Shown: piece after piece, positions 27,701-42,300 of the stretch
Layout: every line of letters begins with the position of its first letter
Position numbering within the stretch: position 1 is the stretch's first letter
Assembly: GCA_051362555.1 (NCBI GenBank)
Contig: CM120644.1
Span: forward strand, 4,720,954 to 4,784,953
Source of the DNA: Lingula anatina
Taxonomy: Eukaryota > Animalia > Brachiopoda
Length of the DNA: 64,000 bases
Direction: 5' to 3'
Position numbers and translations under genes: made by a program
The notes under the pieces: generated by a model
The model's database searches: none
What the model was told of the DNA's origin: nothing
What the model saw: only the letters and a program-made list of their open reading frames with translations

Positions 27701-30700
27701 ACTTCCACATTACGTAATACGCGGTAAGTTCATTGGGTATAAAGTACAATGTACTCTTTGGGCTGGTTCTTGCATGGCTATGATAGAGACGGTTCTGTCT
27801 CAATATTTTGGTAAAACCTTCACAGATGATTTTGGAATTTCGCCATTTTAGCAGTGCGTGAATTGAAGAAGCATTGCTGCTCTGAGGAAAAAAAATTGGG
27901 AGAAAGACGCTTTTTCAGACAGATTATTGTGTCAAAAGGAACAATCTTTTACAGAGCTATGCCCAGATTAGTGTACCTTCCTAGATGACATGCACAGGGT
28001 ATCCACAATTTACCACCAGGAAACAGGATCCATTGTTCTTACGCTTTTGCCGCTACCGGTATAACTAAACAAAGACAAGCGGCCCCCTTCAGATATAAGG
28101 GGCCGATTGCCACCAGAAAAGGTTTTTTAGACCCTTTGCGAAAGCCCGACTGGTTTTAGCAGGTTACTTTTACTATATACCAGACGGCTTCTGAGAGGCA
28201 ACTGTCTACATGTATTTCTCTAATGAGTTGGAAGCCATCAGGGGTCAAAGAAACCATATGGGCGGCTTTATCAAATGGAAACATGACTTCTGTATGATGC
28301 GAAATAAACACTTGTGGTAAAAGCATTCCAGTCTATCAGTCTAGGGACTAAAACCTTTGACTCAAATTTGGAATTCTGCATGACTTTTTTTTTTATTGCT
28401 CTACGTGTAGTTTTTGTAGTGAAAGGTACGTGCTATCCATATCCGTTACCTCCAGTCCAAGTCCCATCCCAATCAGTTTCAGCATTCGAAGGCTCAGCTT
28501 GGCACAAGTTCTGTGGAACTCCACCACATCCTTCTCAAAGTTTGGGATACCTGGCCATAGCTAAAACGAAACTCCTTATTTTGATTATGACATCTAAATG
28601 TCTACATGAGGGAATGTGTCTACAACGGGAAACTTTTTAACGGGGTTTGGTGGTAATCCATTAATCAATTCTTCTATTTTCTTTTAATAATAACGGGTTT
28701 TGTGATTAATATGGACGTTAATGCTACCGTAAAAGATCTGCGGGTAGTGTTAGTAAACACCTAATCCGCGTTTATAAGAAATATGAGAAGGGAAGCTGAG
28801 TTGCCTTGGCGCAAATCTACGCTCTCTGATCATGAGCGCTTTTCTAGAATGAAGTGGTACCTGATTATAAGCTCCTCCAGGAATAGCATCAAAGGACTCC
28901 TTGAAGTCAGCAGGTTTGTCTGCTTCAAAACTAAAGAAAATCCTCATCCAGTTGTGATTATGTTGCACAGTCACTTTTGATAATTAATTACATCTTTGTT
29001 GTCAGTTAATTTTCATAACATTACATTCATGCCGTGTATTAATCATTTCATGCCTTCATGTGTCTCAGTATGCCTATGACTTACCTTTGCCAAAATGTTT
29101 CTCGTGTATTATCAAGAAAGGGCAAAAATTGTTTCATTCTTCATTTCTGCATTATTACAAATATAATTATATCAACATGTGTATGTTGAGATGAGATTTT
29201 TAAGGTCAAATGGTGAAGAGTGGAAACTGCTTTAAACATACAGGTATGGTAATAACATGGAAATAACATGGAAATAGTAGAAATGGTAGTTACATCAAAA
29301 TACAGATTTCAGAGAGTGGCACATTTGTGCACCCTGCCTGCATGCCTTACGTTTCTCTCCCTATTGGAATGTAGCCAATTCCACTTGGGTCAGATAAGGG
29401 GCGGATGAACTTGTTCTTGGTCTCTTGGGGTTGTGCAAAAAAGTCATCAGCCAATCTAAATATATTGTCAATCTGAAAACACAAAGACCAAACATTAGAT
29501 TGACAGTCTCTCCAAGGGCTGATCCAGGATTATTTGAATGGGGTTCCGGTTGTTGTGGGACAACCTTTTTGACCAATGTTGTATGTACAGTCTTGATAAG
29601 CAAGACCAAAGGGGTGGGGGGGGGGGGGCATAAAAAAACATAACGTATGGTTAGGTAAAACCATAGCGGCAATGTGAATTTTGAAAAACATTTTTCTTGT
29701 TGATAATCCCAACGAGCAGGTAGCTTTTTTATGAAGAGGTTGTATGAAATGCATGACGCCATGCCAGGTAAGGTATTGACTCTGTTCAATTTTGATCCGT
29801 TGCGTAGTTGGTAAAGGAAAGAGGCTAATGACCATCCCTGCCTAAGTATCATTTTTAAGACTTTAAAGCAAAGAGAAAAGAAATGTAATTGACTACGCGA
29901 ACTTTATTTTTTTTTTTTATTTATTTTTTTTTTTTTTTTTATTTTTTTTTTTTTTTTTTTATTGAAAAATTTCACTATAAGAAAGTACATATACCCAAGT
30001 ATGGTAAATGCACACTGCACACTCACTCTCTCTCTTACACACTCTCTCTCTCTCACACACACGAATATAAGTTTATAATCTCATGAACAATAGGTGTAAT
30101 AATAATAATAATAATAATAATAAAGATCGATACCACAATGTATTCATCCATAACTACAACATATTATTAAACAAGCAAAAAGTGCAAAATATTAGTTTGC
30201 TGAAGCTAATTAAATTCAAACATGTCTGACCAATTTTCCCATTTTTTTTCAAAGTTTGTTAAATTTAGCTTTTTTAATGCATTGAATTTTTCTATTATAA
30301 ATTGATCCTTTATGTAATTTATGAGTGAACTTTATGATAAATACGAGCAAGTTGTAAAAATCTATCCCTAATTCTAAACTATACAATATTTTTATGCAAA
30401 AGATAATTTGTTCGGACACACACGAACCTGCATTCGTTTTCGGGGCCAGCTGCCTCTTGTGGTCAACTGACATGCGTCATATGGGATTTGAACTCGTGAC
30501 TTGCCGTTACCATGATTTGCTGATGGTTTGGTATTTTTTGCACCTAAGTACGCTACCGACAACGCCGTGACTGAACCGCCCATCGACCATACGTACGATT
30601 TTCCTCTTATAGTAATCAAACGCAATTTTTAGCCATTTTTTCTAGCAAAAAAGTCACTTTGAAAACCTTTGGACTCGAACCCAGGCCTTAGTGAGTATTT

Positions 30701-33700
30701 GTGTCTAAGACGGTAGAGTTACCACGGAGCCACAGAAGCTTCGTTGGTAAGATGCGGATCAAATGGAAACGTTCTACTTTCTCACAGAGAGGGCCAGTTT
30801 GGCTGTATATGTATATATCTGCCATAACAATCAATAGGCCGTGAGCCGAACTTAGGTATTTCTTCCCGCGCGTCGACAGTCTGCCAACATGGTATCATCA
30901 TCAACGTTGTTAAAGTTCATCATGTACAAGAACACTTATTTGAAAAGCCCACACGGAGCGTTCCTAAATAGATTACTTTTTTACTATGACAGGGGCGGAT
31001 CCAAGATTTTTGGAAAGGGGGGAGGGGGTCCGCAGATACGAAGTCCACCGCGGGGTACGAGGCCCTCTGAAAGGACCAGAAAAAATGGGTATTTTAGAGG
31101 GCGAACGGTAGCACTTGGTACGGTTTAGAACTAAAATTCAGCTCGTCAAAATTCTTATTTCAAGAAGGGACCATTGGTGTGATTTTTTTTAGAAATTGAA
31201 AGGAGGTCACCCCCCCCCCCCCCGACACTCCCTAAATCCGCCAATGTTTACCGTGCCACAGGGGGCGGGGTGGGGGTACTATCTTTCACTGGCCCCAAGG
31301 CACCCAAAAGTCAGTCATTTAGGTGACAATCTCACGTACCCTGTAATAGTCAAACATAACATTGACAGTCCCTCCAGGGTTATTTGAATGGGGTTCCGAT
31401 TTTTTTAGAAATGACTGGCCTCGGATAAGAAGCCGACCCTCGGCGCCCTTGGAGTGTTTTAGAGGGCAAACGGCGCCATTTGGTATTGTTTAGAACTATG
31501 ATTCAGCTGATCAAAATTTTAAATCAAAGGAAGAAATTTGGTGTAATCTTTTCTTCAAAACCCCCTAAATCCGCCACTGTATGACGTGGTGTTATGGCGG
31601 GAAAGTTACTGAATCAATTCAAGTTTGGTGGCTTTTATTGATTAGTCGATTTTATTGATTAGTTGATTAGTTCCTAGTTAGATGCTTTGACTTTTTTACA
31701 CTGAGATTACTGAGATTACACTGATTTAGACTTCACTTGTGACGTTATAGAGCACGATGAGAGCCAAAGCGGTTTACACCTGAGCGGTTTAAGTTTTGAG
31801 TAGCAAGTCCTATAAGAAGAGGAAATTATTTCAAAACGTTCAAACGTGTAAAAGCTATTGCAACAATGCGAATTTTGGGAAAAACATTTTTGGCAAATAA
31901 TTCTGCAAAGAAGACAAATTTTTGTCTGCTGAACGCAGTATACAGGTGGTAAGACAGGGGCAGCTCCAGCATTTGAAGGGGGGGTCAGTGTTTTTTTTTA
32001 CAAATGACATGCCTCGGATTCGAATCCGCGCCTCGGCCCCCTTGTGGTGGGGTTTGGGGCCCGCTAAAGGGCCTCAAAATATTTTGGTGTTTTGAAGGTC
32101 AAACGGTGCCATTTGGAATGGTCAAGAACTATAAATAAGCTATTAAAACTTTAATTTCAAGAGGGGAATAGTAGTGTTATTTTTTCAGAAACCGAAGAGG
32201 GGGGGGTTTAGAATACTCCTGGGAACGCTCCCTAAGAGATGCAACCAGCAGTCACCTGCCGCTAGTCCCATGTGCGGCCCTATCAACACCTTATCATCCA
32301 GCTCAAAGCCACAGTTGATCTATCATGTCTGCGGGGATACATTTTGCTAAGATTCTCATCAACATAAATTAGTACGAAGCTTGAGCAAACCCCTACCCCA
32401 AACGCTGATATGCGACACTCAACCGCTACCCATACATGTACATACGCTGCAGTCGTGACATCCTTTGAATGCTTATATTATTCGATATTCAAACGCATGT
32501 CATACAGTGTGAATACGCTATGATCCGCGACAAACACGCTGTTTTTGCGCTGCTTATATGTTCTTTTTCATACGTTAGAAAGATTGATTTCACAAGTTAA
32601 AAGTTGTGCTCAAAAACAATTTGACAAACATGTACATTAGTCATACGGACCTCTGCTAGTACAATATAGGTTGGCAGAGCCTTTACTCCGACGTGTTTAA
32701 CAGGTAAAGCTTAGGTTATATTTGCCCTGTGATGTTTCTACCGAGCCCGCATTATGTCCTTATTTCCTTTTTCTATCATCGTTGATAGAAAAAAGAAATG
32801 CTGTGCTCCTGTTGTGACGATAATTTATATTATATAATTTATATGAAGCGACAGACGCACACGCTCAAATCGATGTAAATAATGGTGGCACGTGGCATTA
32901 GGGTAGGGTAAATCTCAAAAAAATTACATAGCAGGTGTTTTCGCAGGCGAAATTTGATGCTGAATACAAATACGACAATCATTTTTTTCTACAACAATTA
33001 TTTAGGTTAGTAAAATGACAATATTCAAAATGGCAGCCAAGACGGTCATCTTAGAGTTTCGTCAACAACAACTAAAGGTACTATAGTGTGTCATATGTCT
33101 TTTCTTATGTTTTAGGGGTTGTAGAATCCATTCCTGATTTCAACATAATTGGTACATAATACAGCGAGTTAAGTTACTATGTGAGCTGACAGTTAACCGT
33201 CAAGATAGATTGAAGAGGCAGAATCTTTGATTATGGACCATTATGGATTATGAACCACCTCAGTCATCTTGATCAATCAAATTGGGGAGTGATGAAGAGT
33301 GCGTTTCGTTTCTTTTTTTTTTTTTTTTTTTCCTTTTTTCGTCGTTTAATGCTTTGTGTGAGAGGTAAGCACTACGTACTCGTGCAAAGATATTCACATC
33401 GGAAGATCTAGGACGAAGAAGGGGTATGGATTTTATTCCCCATACAGTTAACTTCCCCTTAAAGTGTCTGCTAATATATACTCTAGAACACGCAATAAAA
33501 CGTAACACAGTAGTGTTAATGCATATAATTCCGTGCTATATGTAGTTACTAACCTGGTCTTGGGGGATTCCGTGGTTTTTGACGTATACAAAACCAATGG
33601 TACTGAAGGCTTTGAATACATCATTGGCCAACGTTTCCAGATCGTTTCTGTCGACCTCGTTTTCTTCTTTTGTGATGTCAAACGCCTTTATATCGATGAC

Positions 33701-33742
33701 TGGTATCCAGCTAAAGTCGCAGTTTCCTTGAGCCGCCGTCAT
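23509..33742 (-). CDS. 2OG/Fe(II)-dependent dioxygenase, copy 2 (332 aa; probable chimera of copies 1 and 3)
   Basis: Exons 33742-33554, 29472-29351, 28930-28861, 28560-28450, 27320-27215, 25918-25830, 24445-24335, 23709-23509. Exon sizes match copy 1; HTD, LHRVV and RRS are intact. Confidence 0.92.
24728..25535 (-). mobile_element. 5'-truncated L2/Crack-clade LINE fragment with (TTA)n tail in intron 6 of dioxygenase copy 2
   Basis: ORF 25065-25565 carries post-RT motifs VKNLGVIFD, ERLVHAFITAHLDYG..LLYGLP, LHWLPV..IVFKLL and GHRAFSIAAP; simple-repeat tail at 24728-24764. Confidence 0.85.
25543..25829. repeat. 22-bp minisatellite (cctaacacaatcacctgtcaca)n, about 13 units, abutting the exon 6 donor
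   Basis: Seen directly; shorter arrays at the same site in copy 1 (~16533-16644) and copy 3 (~37126-37196). Confidence 0.95.
26060..26388. mobile_element. Tc1/mariner-like MITE with TA TSD (second copy 37417-37742; left end only at ~16850)
   Basis: ta|cacccggccaaaaaaaagtttgggaaca ... tgtttccgaacattttggctgagtg|ta. Confidence 0.65.
30480..30740 (-). mobile_element. Two tRNA-derived SINE-like heads (Pol III box motifs)
   Basis: The minus strand shows TGGCTCCGTGG...GGTTCGAGTCC (~30732-30671) and a second B-box-like GAGTTCAAATCC (~30494-30484); no complete cloverleaf. Confidence 0.35.
30990..32220. mobile_element. Cluster of short caggggcggatcc...aaatccgccactg family elements (hAT-like non-autonomous)
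   Basis: TIR-like ends at 30990-31246 and ~31376-31579, plus a third copy from ~31955. Relatives at ~20190, ~29515 and ~43194. TSDs were not resolved. Confidence 0.55.
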
Positions 33743-35281
33743 TTTTGCAGTCGGGCTTACGTTAACAACATGCTGCTAATCTGGGTCAAAGGTAGATCTG
33801 ATACGTGAAAAAATGTCACGTGAATGGAAATGTTCCATTTGACGAACGTGAACGTCGATAGGTGCTTCCTGCAAAGTCGTCCTTTAACTGGCGTGCTATT
33901 GTGTGAATGCATATATTGTTTACATGGTGCATGTACGTTGCATTTGCTAATGTTCTGTGGAATAAATTTGCATGTCTTCTCGTCTTTAAGCTGTGTATCT
34001 TTCGGGAATTTAAAACCTATCCTGTTCTGTATTACTAACAAATGCGACTTTGGGACATTCTCAAATGTGGGCGCGATAACTTCACACAATTAAAACACAT
34101 TTTTATTGTCTAAAATGATTATTTTAAAAACCTGCTGCCGTAGGTAGAGTTTCCCCTTAGAAAGCATTTCTTTCCAAGAAGTATAACCATAGACAGCTTT
34201 ATTGTCGATTATCTCTTAATTATGTTTCGTGATGATTTGTTTACCTGTATAAACGTACATGTATATGAGTACCTGTTGACATTTTATAACTGCGTTAAGC
34301 AGTAACAAGGGACGTTCAAAACAAGCACATCTTCATATCAATATAATTTTTACTTCAGCACCACCATCAACAATGTGATTATATATAACTGTTATGTCAT
34401 TTTCAGAGTAATCTTTAGTACATGCATTGTATTTTAAGCTCCGATTAACTTGACAAAAGCTTGAACTCTAATGTAAGCCCACTCTTTAATATCAGTTAGG
34501 CACCTAATTATGGGTATGTATTATCTGCTGTATATATGTCAATCCTGTGCCAATATAATTTTCCAGCTAATTCGACCTGTATCATTCTTTATAATGTTTG
34601 CTGGGGTGTTCTATAATCATATTGGTGGACCCTTTTTTAAATTTGTCCAACGTAGGTGCTGCAGTCACAGGATCCTCATCATGGTTGGCGGGCTCGCTTA
34701 GTGATACTAAAAGACGGGTAAAGATACCAAGATCAATGAGTCTAAAGGTCAATAGGACCAATAAACTTGACAACACTATTTGTGTTAATTAGAAAGAGAA
34801 CACTGTTATTGACACCAAGGTATTAGATATAATACTTACTAACAATATCTATAACAATGTTGATTACCAGGCATGTGAAATAAAGGTTTGAGATTAAGGG
34901 AACTTAAAAGGGAAACCGGTGAAGCTGTTAACTGAGCCACTTTTTCCATTCAACAAAACGGAGGCAAGTAAAGGCCCTATGCCAGCAAACACAGGACTTT
35001 TTATAACGTTACCATTTTTTTTCTTTTGTGATCGATATACAAACATTGTGCTATAATAATATTCTGCGTTTGCTGGGAATATCGACTGTTCTGAATTTAT
35101 AATCTGGGGCAAATAATACATTGAAGTATCAAAAGAAATCAAAATTACTTAATCATATCTGTAAAACAGTCAATAGTTAAATAATTTCCCTAATGGCATT
35201 TAAACGAAGCACCAACGAAACAATACAATCACGACCTAAAATCCAAAGTACAGAACTCACAAACCCATCTTACAAGCAGAC

Positions 35282-36303
35282 TTATTCGGCCACGTCACCA
35301 TAATGGTCTTCACCCAGGATTCCTGTGCTGACAAACTGCTGTGTCACGTATCTTGTATAACAGATAGGAGGGTATGTGTCCGATCCATCAAGAGGTTTCA
35401 CAATCGTAGAACGATCAGGGTCAGTGAAATAGATCAGACTTCTACGTCTGTTATACTTATGGGAAGGCACAACTCGGTGCAGCTAGAAAAATGGAAAAGT
35501 GTGACTTAAATGCTGAACGGTTGAGGCCATGTTAAAAACGTAAAAAAATGTTATTTTAACATCAGGGCGTACCTTTTCGAGTCATGCCACAACAGAATTA
35601 CGGAATCGAGTGTCGAGTGTCGAAAAAAAGAAGATAAAATGCTGATAAGTCGAGGGAAAATGTCGTTTACCACTAAAAATTCGTTAAATATGAGTGTTTG
35701 GTGCAGGGAAATCTTGGTTTGGAATGCTGGAAGTCGAGAAGTTTTAATTCAAAAATGAGGAAAAGTCATCACCATACTGGTATAATATATATTTGGAAAA
35801 GGCGGGCTGGCAAATTGCACTCATAATTTGAATAACAATTAATGAGCAAATCAAAACAGACAGGTAATAATTGAAGTATTAAGAAACAGCAGTGCAGCAG
35901 TAGTCTGGTAGTCATAGACTCACCGTGGCCTTCAGCCTGTCCGAGGTCCACCTGGGCATCATGTCAGCCAAGATGACCACTATGGTACCAGGTATAGGTG
36001 TGGCTGGTTTGTACTCTCCAGCCACTGTCTGCACCTGCGGGACAATCAAGATATACAGGTAATTACATGCAGCCACAATTTACAGACACATTTACTGTCG
36101 CATCTACATGTAACGCAATCTCAAACTTTAATCCATCAACCCTCTTAACGCTGTCATTGTCACATCAAACACAAAGTTACACTGTGTCACGGGTCACAGT
36201 TGACACACTGTCACATCTAACACATGGTTTCTCTGCGAGCCTTTGCACAGAATCAAAACAGGCCTACCATCACTCTTAACAGAGACATATCCAACACTCA
36301 CAC

Positions 36304-36357
<54 letters not shown>

Positions 36358-39300
36358 TTTATTTTTCAAAACCGCACTACACTACCGTCTCAGTGCTGTT
36401 TACAAATAAAATTATCAGTATTACAAATAATTATATAGATAATAAAAGCTAAGGTAAAAAAAAAATTAAACTAATTAATGCTGGTTAAAATAGTAATGGT
36501 CTGAACAATAAAACTTTTTTTCTGATAAAATGAGAAAATATGAAGGTTCTAGTATTAAAATTTAATTAAAATACTGTACTGTGCAAATAAGAATGTTTTA
36601 AAGTCTTTTTTAAAAACCTCAACACTATTAATAGTCCGAATGTGTGAGGGTAGTTGATTCCATAAAATGGGCGCTGCAATTGAAAATGCCCTATGGCCGT
36701 AGATTTTGGTTGTTTTTTATTATCATTTCTGGTAAAACAAAGAGTGGAGGTGGATCTGGTAGACCTGGTGAGACTGGTGTACTTGGATGTAGCATCGAGT
36801 TAAAATATGAGGGGCATTCACCTGTGGTGAATTAAAAAACAAACAGCAGTAATTTAAAAACAATGCTCTGTCGTACAGGAAGCCAATGTAGTGGGCGGCT
36901 TTGGTAGGTAGGAAGGCCATAGAGAAGACTGTTTCCGTAGTCAAGATGTGCAGTTATAAAGGCATGGACAAGCCTCTCCATTTGGCCATTGTCAAGGATA
37001 TGGGATAGTTTGGAAAAATTTTTTAAGACCATAGAAAGCAGCTTTGCATTTTTACTGATTTACATATCGCACCTATTACCAAAATTTTCTCCAAGGTTTT
37101 TAACCTCATCTTTTACCGTCATTTGACACACTGTCACACCTAACACAATAACCTGTCACACCTAATGCAAGCACCTGTCACACCTAACACAATTACCTCA
37201 AGGCCTCCTTTATCATCCTGGAAGAGCAGAGTTATGGAGCCGTAATCCGTGTGTTCACCACATCGTGTCTGGCCTGGGGTCAGGTCTGAAAATTGTAATA
37301 GAATAACAAATATCAAGAAATGTGTAATCCATCTGATTGCTGTAATAAAGCAATTTATACAAAAACATAACATCTAAAAAATAATGTTTATAATTAGGTA
37401 AATATATATAGTTCTACACTCGGCCAAAAAAAGTTTGGGAACATAGTTATATCCACGACAGTAAATATAATCTTTATTGATCATGTCATTTCCATGACAA
37501 AGTTTGAACAGGTCTTGACAATAAACAGTGCAGGCTTTACATGATGCTGAGCAATTTCAAAACTTCATTTGAACTGTGTCTCGCAGTTATTCCCACGGAA
37601 TTCCTTTCTTGGTAAAATTGCAAAAAGTAACGAATGGTGGGCGCATTATCCATCAACATTTGTTAAAATATTTAAATTAGCTTATATGGTAAATTAATAA
37701 TAATTCAAAATAACGATGTTTCCGAACTTTTTTGACTGAGTGTATATGTGCTTTACTTGTTTTTTTAACTCCTCCAATTTTAAAATGACCCAAAAAGAAA
37801 AATATATAATATACACGTTAATAATACATGTACATGTAGTAAACAATTTGCAGCACTGACACCTTTATAACCTCTGCCAGGGAGGCTGTGTGTTTAAATT
37901 TATCTCTGTTTTCTGTACACCGATTTGTTTGTTTTTGTGTTCGTCATTAGCCTTTATGTGATGGAGTTTCATGAAATTCTCAGGACAGGTCAGAAGTGGG
38001 CCAACCTAAAGGTGCTTAGATTTTGGTGGTGATCCTGGCAGAGGACTGCATTCTCATACTGCTTTTCTAGTCAACTTTTTTTTTAACAAGCCCTTATGTA
38101 AGGCCTAATGTTAGACCTATAGATCTGCACTAGCAATCCTCTGTCAGACTTTTCTTTGTTGTTACCTGAGTTTGGGACTTCCTTAACAAAATTTGTCCAG
38201 AGTCAGAAAACAACCAAACAAACAAAACACATAAAAGAAAAACACCCCTCCTTGCATACCGTATAGGCAAGCAATATGTCAAAGCCTACATATAACGCTG
38301 TTAAATACAGGTACTAGTACGCATTGTGTACAGTAAAGGCATTTTTATATTTACTTAATGTAATGTACACAAGCCATTTTTGGGTTACAGTTCTAGTAAA
38401 TCCCCTCAAGATCAACTCACCACATCATTTTCGCTTAAGCTGGGTTAAGGACTTACTTACCATTCCAAATTTTTTTGCAGAGGCAGAAATAATATCACTA
38501 ACAATCATCCATAAAGCAGAAGGTAAAGCGAAGCAGTGTATCATTATTTTAAAAAGCTCTTAAAATACCTTCTTTTTCGGTGTAAGGAGGATATGTCAAC
38601 AGTCTTAACGTGGTTGAGCTGTTGTCACGCCAGTTGACGAGATTTGTATGGCACGCGAGTAACTCATTTTGGTCCTGAGAAAATAAGCACTGCATTGAAA
38701 TGTAGCATTGCAGCATTTATACACACACAGAGACACTCAAAATCTATGTCTAAACCAAAAATAAGATATATTTAAGAAAACAACATAACATAAAACTGTT
38801 GTTAATGTTTTTTTATGAAATTTGGTTTGGTATGTCATTTATTGTGACTTTAACTACATTTTTGAGAAGCGAGAAGCCTCTATTTTTTTACATATACAAA
38901 CTAGACATTTAATATATAATGTTTAAGCTTAAAAGGTTTGTCTTGGTTTAGAACATATTATTCTTAAATATTTTCTATATCATGTGAGATGTGTGAATAG
39001 AGAAATGCGTAGTCAGGCGTGTCAGTCCCAGTCGATTGAATGTCTCGTGTGGGGCACTTCCAAATTACGTAATACGCGGTAAGTTCATTGGGTATAAAGT
39101 ACAATGTACTCTTTGGGCTGGTTCTTGCATGGCTATGATAGAGAAGGTTCTGTCTCAATATTTTGGTAAAACCTTCACAGATGATTTTGGAATTTCGCCA
39201 TTTTAGCAGTGCGTGAATTGAATAAGCATTGCTGCTCTGAGGAAAAAAATTGGGAGAAAGACGCTTTGTCAGACAGATTATTGTGTCAAAAGGAACAATC

Positions 39301-42300
39301 TTTTACAGAGCTATGCCCAGATTGGTGTACCTTCCTAGATGACATGCCCAGGGTATCCACAATTTACCACCAGGAAACAGGATCCATTGTTCTTACGCTT
39401 TTGCCGCTACCGGTACAAGTAAACAAAGACAACCGGTCCCCTTCAGAATAAGGGGCCGATTGCCACCAGAAAAGGTTTTTTAGACCCTTTGCGAAAGCCC
39501 GACTGGTTTTAGCAGGTTACTATTACTATATACCAGACGGCTTCTGAGAGGCAACTGTCTACATGTATTTATCTAATGAGTTGGAAACCATCAGGGGTCC
39601 CGGTGTACCATGAAAATCTGACTCCCCTAAAATGTGACTCCCCAGTCAGCTTTTCATTATGAAAATCTGACTCCCCAGTCAGATTATCATAATGAAAATC
39701 TGACTCCCCCAATGAAATTTTGACTCCCCCCCCCAAAAAAAAACATTCATTAATGTCATTTTATTTGAGTAAATGACTATGATTTTGTAGTATGCATAAT
39801 GGATGATACATTGGCACTTTTTTGTAGTTTGCAGGTGAAAATTTTCATAAAAAAAAAGAAAAATTAAAAATGTGCACATAATGAAAATGTGGTTCCCCTA
39901 TGAAAATTTGACTCCCCTTCAAAAAAACATTCATTGATCTCTAATTAATTTAGTATATGACTGTGATCTTGTAGTATGTAAAATGGTTGATACATTGGAG
40001 AATTTTTGTAGTTTGCAGTGAGAATTTTAATGAACAAATAAGAAAATTAAAAATGAGCACATAATGAAAATCTGACTCCCCCATGAAAATTTGACTCCCC
40101 CTCCACAAAACTTCATAAATCTTATTTTATTTTGAGTATATGACTGTGATCTTGTATTATGTAAAATGGGTGATACATTGGCACATTTTTTGTAGTTTGC
40201 AGTGAAAATTTTAATGAAAAATGAGAAAATTAAAAATGAGCACATAATGAAAATCTGACTCCCCCATGAGAATATTACTCCCCCTCCACAAAACTTCTTA
40301 AATCTTATTTTATTTCGAGTATATGACTGTGATCTTGTAGTATGGAAAATGGATGATACATTGGCACATTTTTTGTAGTTTGCAGTGAAAATTTTAATGA
40401 AAAAATAAGAAAATTGAAAATGTGCACATGGTTAAAAAATTGAAAGAAAAAAGTTATAAAACACATGAAAATAAGAAAAATTAAGGATTTGTTATCTAAC
40501 ACCCAATGGCTCCCCTATAAAAAGCTATTTATTTGATGTTTGATGATCATTCTGACAACTTTTCTTTTATGATACTTTATGAAAAAAATTATTGGAAATA
40601 TTAAAAAGTTTTATGGTAAAATACTGCGTGAAAATAAATTAAAAATGGATAATAAATTTGCATTCTTGTACCCGTAGGATTTTGACTCCCCTAGTTAAAA
40701 GCACTTATTTCATATTTAGCACACATTTAAATGTTTCTACTTTTTAGTTTTCTTATGGAGAACATATGTGGAATATTTAAATATTGTGGGTAAAAATTTT
40801 TGCAATAAGTGTTTGGAATTTAAAAATAGTGAGAAATTCAGTATAATATTTATTTTACAACCATGAAAAGGACAATTATTTTTTATTCAGTCATTATATC
40901 ACTATTTTCCACATACTTTTCATTGTATATATAATGATAAGTCTGCACACTAAGCTATATGAAATGCCTGTGGTCATTGCTTGATTGCAATCAACTTCAG
41001 ATCACAAGGCTACCACCAAACATGTCACAGCCCTGGCAGCTACCTAATTGCAAGTAACCAACTGCCACAGGTAGGACCTGGAGCACTGAAATTTTCTAAT
41101 GCTAAAAATGAAATATGAAACATTTTGACAAGGTAATCCTACAGGTAGTAAGATGAATTCCTTTCAACAAAAAACATTCTCAATTTTGACAAAAGTTTTC
41201 ACCACCAAAATTTCAAATGTGATAGGACTGTGACATGCTTGGTGGTAGCTTATTCATATGTCGTAGCTTAAAGGAAAAAATATTAAATATGAAACATTTG
41301 ATTTGTAAGATGGGTCGTCAAAGTCCTATGGGCGCAAGAATGCATACTTATTATCCTTTTTGCTTAATTAACCCCCATTTTTCATCCAGCTTTGGGGAAA
41401 ATAATGGGAAAACAAAAGCAAGTGTTTTGTTGGGTATGCTATATAAGAAGAATTAAATAAAAAGGCGGCGGGGCCAATTTCTTGTGTTAAAAATGTAGTG
41501 TTTTGACATGGGAGTGCAAAACCTACAAGAATAAAGATGGATACTTGTTTCAAAAATATTGACCAAAATTTTCATCATCAAACTTTCAAATAATGACAAA
41601 ATATCCATCTCTATGCAAACTATGTGGAAAACAGTGGTATGGTGACTGAATATAAAATAGGTCCAAATCTCATGGGTGTAAAAATAAAGATTTTCATGAT
41701 TTCTTTTTCATGCTTTCACTATTTTATCCTCAAACCTTTAAATATTTCCAATAATTTTTTTCATAAAGTATCCTTAAAGAAAAGGTGTTGAAATGATCAT
41801 CAAATATTAAATAACTTTTTCATAGGGGATACAATAGGCGATTAAGTGGACATTTTTAATTTTCTTATTATTTCATGAAAATTTTCACCTGCAAATTACA
41901 AAAAAGCGCCAATGTATCCTCCATTTCACATACTACAAGATCACAGTCACATACTCAAATTAAAATAAGATTTATGAAGTTTTGTGGAGGGGCAGTCATA
42001 TTTTCATGGGGGAGTCAGATTTTCATTATTTGCTCATTTTTAATTTTCTTATTTTTTCACAAAATTTTTCACCTGCAAACTACAAAAAATGTGCCAATCT
42101 ATCCTCCTTTTTACACACTACAAGATCACAGTCATATACTCAAAATAAAATAAGATTAATGAAGTTTTATGATGGGGGAGTCAAATTTTCATGGGGGAGT
42201 CAGATTTTCATTATGTGCTCATTTTTAATTTTCTTACTTTTTCATTAAAATTTTCACCTTCAAACTACAAAAAATGTGCCAACGTATCATCCATTTTACA

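Noticed and set aside
29361-29852. 163-aa minus-strand ORF
   Set aside because: Out of frame with dioxygenase exon 2 and otherwise intronic repeat sequence; not conserved in the paralogs.
30660-30740. Functional tRNA gene
   Set aside because: Only A/B-box-like motifs are present and no cloverleaf stems could be built.
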